A stretch of DNA of 64,000 nt from a bacterium (GTDB lineage Bacteria > Electryoneota > Electryoneia > Electryoneales > Electryoneaceae): contig CAXXKJ010000002.1 of the NCBI GenBank assembly GCA_963675295.2, positions 3,232,001 through 3,296,000 on the forward strand. The letters are read 5' to 3'. The notes beneath the pieces were generated by a model. That model worked only from the letters and a program-made list of their open reading frames with translations. It had not been told where the DNA came from and ran no database searches. The position numbers and the translations under genes were made by a program. Below, piece after piece: positions 55,491 to 64,000 of this stretch. Positions within the stretch are counted from its first letter, which is position 1. The number at the start of each line of letters is the position of its first letter.

Positions 55491-55625
55491 CCCGGAGCGT
55501 TTTCATGGCGGACGACACCCGCAAACGATACCTCGAGTTGAGTGAAGAAATCCGGCGTCACCATCAACCAGCTCAACGAATCCTATTAAAAAACGAGGTA
55601 TGTCGGAGCGAAACGGTTTAGGTGA
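55491..55625 (+). pseudogene. Chimeric scar: copy of the ligA 5' end fused to a divergent nlpC 3' end
   Basis: 55491-55561 matches 57926-57997. 55554-55625 translates to GVTINQLNESY*KTRYVGAKRFR*, colinear with nlpC 53101-53172 (GVTINRLSESYYTKRYMGARRVQ*). Confidence 0.85.
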
Positions 55626-55693
55626 ACGACTGCCAATGCATTCACGCTCCGATGAGCTAACATTCGGGTTTTGTCTCGACTCTGAAGACAGGA

Positions 55694-59989
<4,296 letters not shown>

Positions 59990-60032
59990 CCATGCCCCAA
60001 ACATTCATGTCTGGGGTCATCCGCACATGCAA

Positions 60033-60067
60033 ACGTGCCCCTGATGGCTTCGCCAGCAGGGATTATC
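60033..60067. repeat. REP-like palindromic element, copy 2
   Basis: 33/35 identical to 340-374. Confidence 0.75.
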
Positions 60068-60225
60068 AACCGCCGGTTAAGCCGCGGCAGCGAATAGAAG
60101 CTTCCGCGGGCATCAGCGTTGATCCGCCTCCGGGGAGGGCGTGGCCCGACTTGAGGTGATTTCTCAAGCCGGGTCTCATGTGTGCCGACTACGGACTGGG
60201 GACTGGGGACTGGGACTGCGAGAAC

Positions 60226-61746
60226 TTACCGCACGTCAGCGGTCACATTCCACGTATCTGGTTCGATCCGCAGGGTGAAGTTGGACGGACGCGGTTCGGC
60301 TCTCATGTCCGCAGGCTGTTCCTCCTCTGGCGTATCCACCACGGTCAACGCGAAATGGTGCTGGAACTGGGGGTTGGGGTAATCGCCGACTCGCACGATG
60401 TAGTTGTACCCGCCCAACGGCGCGTCCAGCGGCACGCCCTGGCGAACCGTCGCGGTGATCTGCCCGTTCGCCGGGATCTCGAGATCTGACCACAACGCCA
60501 GCGCGCCACTCAACGACCCGTCCGGCTTGCGCGCCTGCACCCAGACGTCGCGTGTCACCGGCGACGCGGTATTGTTGCGCACCTCGCCATACCAGTAAAA
60601 CACCCCCTGCCGCCGGATGAACAACGGCTGGCGGTAGGCTTCAATGTTGATTTCGACATCAGTCGGCGGGAGCGTAAAATGCGTGACGAAGGCGGACAAC
60701 TGATTGAATAGTTCGTTTCCACATCTTCCACAAACAGCAAATGAGGAGTCGCCAGTGATTTCTACGTCTACCATTCGTTGTTGAAACACAGGTGGATTAC
60801 TGAACTCGTAGCCAAACACATCGATAAGCTGTCCGGATGCATCATACCAATAGATACTGCTGACTTCGGGGTCTGTTTTTTCCACATTTATAATGGAACC
60901 ATCACCCATTTCCAGTGATTGACCATACACCCCTTCACTCATGAACATGAATTGACCTTCATTGTCGAATCTGACAACTCCAATTTGCTCATCATTATTT
61001 CTAATATATCCGTAAACAATATATCCCCCATCCATCAAATAGTCTATATTCTCAGGCGTTACTATTCCTCCCAGATAAACATCTTCACTCCATAAAAATT
61101 GACCATGCCTGTCTATTTTAAATATATATAGATAACTTCCACCTTCAGAGGGAAACACAAAATTATTATCAGTTGTAACTATCACATCATTGACAAGGCT
61201 AAGTTCTGGAAGTGGAACTGTGTATATCCAGATTGTATGACCAAATTTGTCAAGCAAATATAAATCTGTACTATCGTCCAAATACATAATCGGAACAATT
61301 AATTTATTACGATTCGCACCATGAACTTCGCCAATATAACCATCAAAATAGCGCAACCATATAAATTGATAATCTGAACCTAGATATCTAACAGCACCAG
61401 AATCAGTATTAGGGTTTGTTAGTAAAATGAAGTTACCGAGAGAATCTTCTTCAAGGTGAGAACCATATGATATGGAAGAATGGTTGACATGAGACACGTA
61501 ATTGCCATCCAGATCAATCTTGAAAGCCAGGAATCGATAGTCAAAGTATCCAGAATACTCATACCCTACGACTGTCAATCGTTGATCAGATGTAAGATCG
61601 AGAGAGTTTGCAGAACTCTCGGGGATGAAATCTTCATTGAAGGCGTATTCCCAATCGGTCGTCAGTTGAGCAAGTCCTGAACTCGTTACCATAAAGCAGA
61701 GTAGAATCCCGACAAGGAGTGTTGCGGACAAACGTGAGGATTTCAT
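60226..61746 (-). CDS. Secreted beta-propeller-like protein with the shared Ig-like domain and no complete T9SS CTD
   Basis: Signal peptide MKSSRLSATLLVG...; AT-rich core; GC-rich Ig-like domain (DVWVQARKPDG...QGVPLDAPLGGYNY..GDYP); ends shortly after PSNFTL. Confidence 0.72.
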   Translation of the reverse strand: MKSSRLSATLLVGILLCFMVTSSGLAQLTTDWEYAFNEDFIPESSANSLDLTSDQRLTVVGYEYSGYFDYRFLAFKIDLDGNYVSHVNHSSISYGSHLEEDSLGNFILLTNPNTDSGAVRYLGSDYQFIWLRYFDGYIGEVHGANRNKLIVPIMYLDDSTDLYLLDKFGHTIWIYTVPLPELSLVNDVIVTTDNNFVFPSEGGSYLYIFKIDRHGQFLWSEDVYLGGIVTPENIDYLMDGGYIVYGYIRNNDEQIGVVRFDNEGQFMFMSEGVYGQSLEMGDGSIINVEKTDPEVSSIYWYDASGQLIDVFGYEFSNPPVFQQRMVDVEITGDSSFAVCGRCGNELFNQLSAFVTHFTLPPTDVEINIEAYRQPLFIRRQGVFYWYGEVRNNTASPVTRDVWVQARKPDGSLSGALALWSDLEIPANGQITATVRQGVPLDAPLGGYNYIVRVGDYPNPQFQHHFALTVVDTPEEEQPADMRAEPRPSNFTLRIEPDTWNVTADVR

Positions 61747-62042
61747 CGGATACTCCGCGTTGAAGCTTGACAGTTCATTGAGCACATCAGATACACTACT
61801 CGACGGTTTAATATACGCCCGGTCTGGCACGACTGTGCGTGTCTTCCTGCATCTGATGGATGAAAATCTCGGTGCTCGTGCAATGCGGGCCAGCAAATCC
61901 ATCCCGGAGCTGGTTTTGCCTTCCGTTCACGCGCCGCACAGCTCAGGAGGGCGCGGTGTGAAAGCGGATTGCGTGCGTTTGAGGCGCTGGTTATCTTCGG
62001 GGATGCAAAAAATCTACGTAAACCAGAAAGTTTGAGGGATCC

Positions 62043-62606
62043 ATGGCGTCCACCGCTGATTTCCGCAACGGCATGGTGTTCAAGTTCAAGGACGATCTGT
62101 ACCAGATCGTGGAATTCCAGCATGTCAAGCCGGGCAAGGGCGGCGCGTTTGTCCGCACCAAGTTGAAGAACGTTGTCAGCGGCAAGGTGATTGACAATAC
62201 GTTCCGTTCGGGAGAGAAGGTTGACGAAGTCCGTCTCGAGGCCCGCACGATGCAGTACCTGTACCTGGAAGGTGAGGATCACGTCTTCATGGACAACGAG
62301 ACCTACGACCAGGTACACATGACGGGTGAAAGCCTTGGCGACAGCGTGACCAAGTACCTCAAGGAAGGGATCGACTACAAGGTCCTGTTCAATGAGGGCG
62401 CGCCGTTGCTGGTGGAAACGCCGAACTTCATGGAGCTCGAGATCACGCATGCCGAGCCGGGCGAAAAGGGCGACCGTGTCAGCGCGGCTACCAAGCCGGC
62501 GACACTGGAGACCGGTGCGGTGGTACAGGTGCCGTTGTTTGTCAACCAGGGTGAGATTATCAAGGTTGACACGCGTACGGACGAATACCTTGAACGTGTC
62601 CGATAG
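62043..62606 (+). CDS. efp: Elongation factor P
   Basis: HVKPGKGGAFVRTK and KPATLETG..VQVPLF...IKVDTR motifs. Confidence 0.97.
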   Translation: MASTADFRNGMVFKFKDDLYQIVEFQHVKPGKGGAFVRTKLKNVVSGKVIDNTFRSGEKVDEVRLEARTMQYLYLEGEDHVFMDNETYDQVHMTGESLGDSVTKYLKEGIDYKVLFNEGAPLLVETPNFMELEITHAEPGEKGDRVSAATKPATLETGAVVQVPLFVNQGEIIKVDTRTDEYLERVR

Positions 62607-62659
62607 CTCATTGTATTGATTGTTACTAGCAGAGGCCGCAACGCGGCATAACGGAGGGC

Positions 62660-63148
62660 GTGATGAACTACGCCGAAGTCCGGAAGCTTGTCAAGCTGGT
62701 CGAATCCAGCAAGATTCATGAATTGGAATTGGAAGAAAAGGGAACCCGGATCCGTGTGAGCAAGGGATCGGGGGACGAGGTTGTGGTGCAGGCCGCGCCG
62801 CAGGCGGTTGCGGTTCCCGCCACGCCGGCTCCGGCCCCTGTCGCGGCTCCGGCTGCTGCCCCGGCCGCTCCGGCTGCGGAAGCACCGGCCGCTCCCGAGA
62901 AGAAATACCACGAGATCACCAGCCCGATGGTTGGCACCTTCTACCGTGCCCCGGCCCCGGACGCTGACCCGTTTGTCAAGGAAGGTCAGTCGGTCAGCGC
63001 CGGCCAGACGCTGTGCATTGTCGAAGCGATGAAGCTGATGAACGAGATCGAGAGCGACGTCGCCGGCAAGGTTGTCTCCATTGATGTGGAGAACGCAACG
63101 CCGGTGGAGTTTGGGCAAGTCTTGATCAAGATCGACACAGCGGGCTGA
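62660..63148 (+). CDS. accB: Acetyl-CoA carboxylase biotin carboxyl carrier protein
   Basis: Ala/Pro linker; SPMVGTFY; EAMKLMNEI. Confidence 0.96.
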   Translation: MMNYAEVRKLVKLVESSKIHELELEEKGTRIRVSKGSGDEVVVQAAPQAVAVPATPAPAPVAAPAAAPAAPAAEAPAAPEKKYHEITSPMVGTFYRAPAPDADPFVKEGQSVSAGQTLCIVEAMKLMNEIESDVAGKVVSIDVENATPVEFGQVLIKIDTAG

Positions 63149-63152
63149 TATC

Positions 63153-64000
63153 GTGTTCAACAAAATTTTGATCGCCAACCGGGGCGAAATCGCACTCCGG
63201 GTGATCCGTGCCTGCCGTGAGCTGGACATTCCGACGGTGGCAGTCTACAGCACCGCCGACCAGGACTCGCTGCATGTACGCTTCGCCGACGAGGCTGTCT
63301 GCATCGGACCGCCGCTGAGCACCCAGAGCTACCTCAAGTACCAGAGCATCCTGGCTGCCGCGGAGATCACCGACGCGGACGCGATCCATCCCGGCTACGG
63401 CTTCCTCGCCGAAAACGCCGAGTTCGCCGAGATGTGTCTCGATTCAGGTGTTGCCTGGATCGGTCCGGCACCTGGCGCGATTCGTGCAATGGGCGACAAG
63501 TCCAACGCCAAGGACCTGATGCGGAACGCCGGTGTGCCGGTGACACCGGGCAGCGACGGTCCCATTGGCAGCGTGGACGAAGCCAAAAAGATCGCGGAGA
63601 AGGTTGGCTATCCGGTGATTCTCAAGGCCAGCGCCGGTGGTGGTGGCCGTGGGATGCGGATGGTGACCGAACCAGGCGGTCTCGCCAAGGCGTATGACGC
63701 TGCCCGAGCGGAAGCCGGGTCGGCGTTCGGCAATCCGGAACTGTACCTCGAGAAGTTCATCGTCAACCCGCGGCACGTCGAAATCCAGATCATGGGCGAC
63801 AGCCACGGGAATGTCGTGCACCTCGGCGAACGTGACTGTTCGATCCAGCGCCGTCACCAGAAGCTGATCGAGGAAAGCCCGAGCCCGGCGGTGACGCCGG
63901 AGCTGCGCAAGGCGTTCGGCGATGCGGCAACCAAGGGCGCGGCGGCGGTGGACTATGTTGGCGCCGGCACGATGGAGTTTCTGCTCGATGCCAGCGGGTC
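63153..64000 (+). CDS. accC: Acetyl-CoA carboxylase biotin carboxylase (runs off the window)
   Basis: Manual translation from GTG 63153: [14 protein letters not shown]...[11 protein letters not shown]...GGGGRGMR...[12 protein letters not shown]. Confidence 0.96.
   Translation, partial: MFNKILIANRGEIALRVIRACRELDIPTVAVYSTADQDSLHVRFADEAVCIGPPLSTQSYLKYQSILAAAEITDADAIHPGYGFLAENAEFAEMCLDSGVAWIGPAPGAIRAMGDKSNAKDLMRNAGVPVTPGSDGPIGSVDEAKKIAEKVGYPVILKASAGGGGRGMRMVTEPGGLAKAYDAARAEAGSAFGNPELYLEKFIVNPRHVEIQIMGDSHGNVVHLGERDCSIQRRHQKLIEESPSPAVTPELRKAFGDAATKGAAAVDYVGAGTMEFLLDASG

Overview
Bacterial chromosomal window, mostly GC-rich with AT-rich patches and the standard genetic code. Many secreted proteins carry T9SS-type C-terminal sorting domains, which points to an FCB-group lineage; this taxonomy is inference only. 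Left part: putP, then a tandem array of seven large secreted beta-propeller/LamG proteins (2161-19780) sharing an uncharacterised Ig-like domain and, in six of them, a T9SS-type CTD. Middle part: response regulator, S8 protease, UshA-like CxC protein, a POT transporter fused to a degenerate SNase-like domain, mutY, and a FadL-like porin plus esterase. The standout is a two-gene operon encoding (i) a lipoprotein multiheme cytochrome that the ORF track splits at an in-frame UGA followed by a SECIS-like hairpin (predicted selenocysteine, GEG-U-GG; 10 CxxCH plus 1 CxxxCH) and (ii) a tandem-rhodanese lipoprotein, preceded by two Rex/CRP-like boxes. Right part: cytosine deaminase, VWA protein, DoxX, gdhA, egtB-egtD, parA-parB-glnD-nlpC, a variable slot containing a ligA'::'nlpC chimeric scar, ligA, and efp-accB-accC. 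Two duplicated-junction scars (9028/11422 and 55491-55625) suggest cassette stacking by homology plus microhomology recombination. Several families of REP-like and heptamer intergenic repeats are present. No rRNA, tRNA, CRISPR array, integrase or transposase was recognised.
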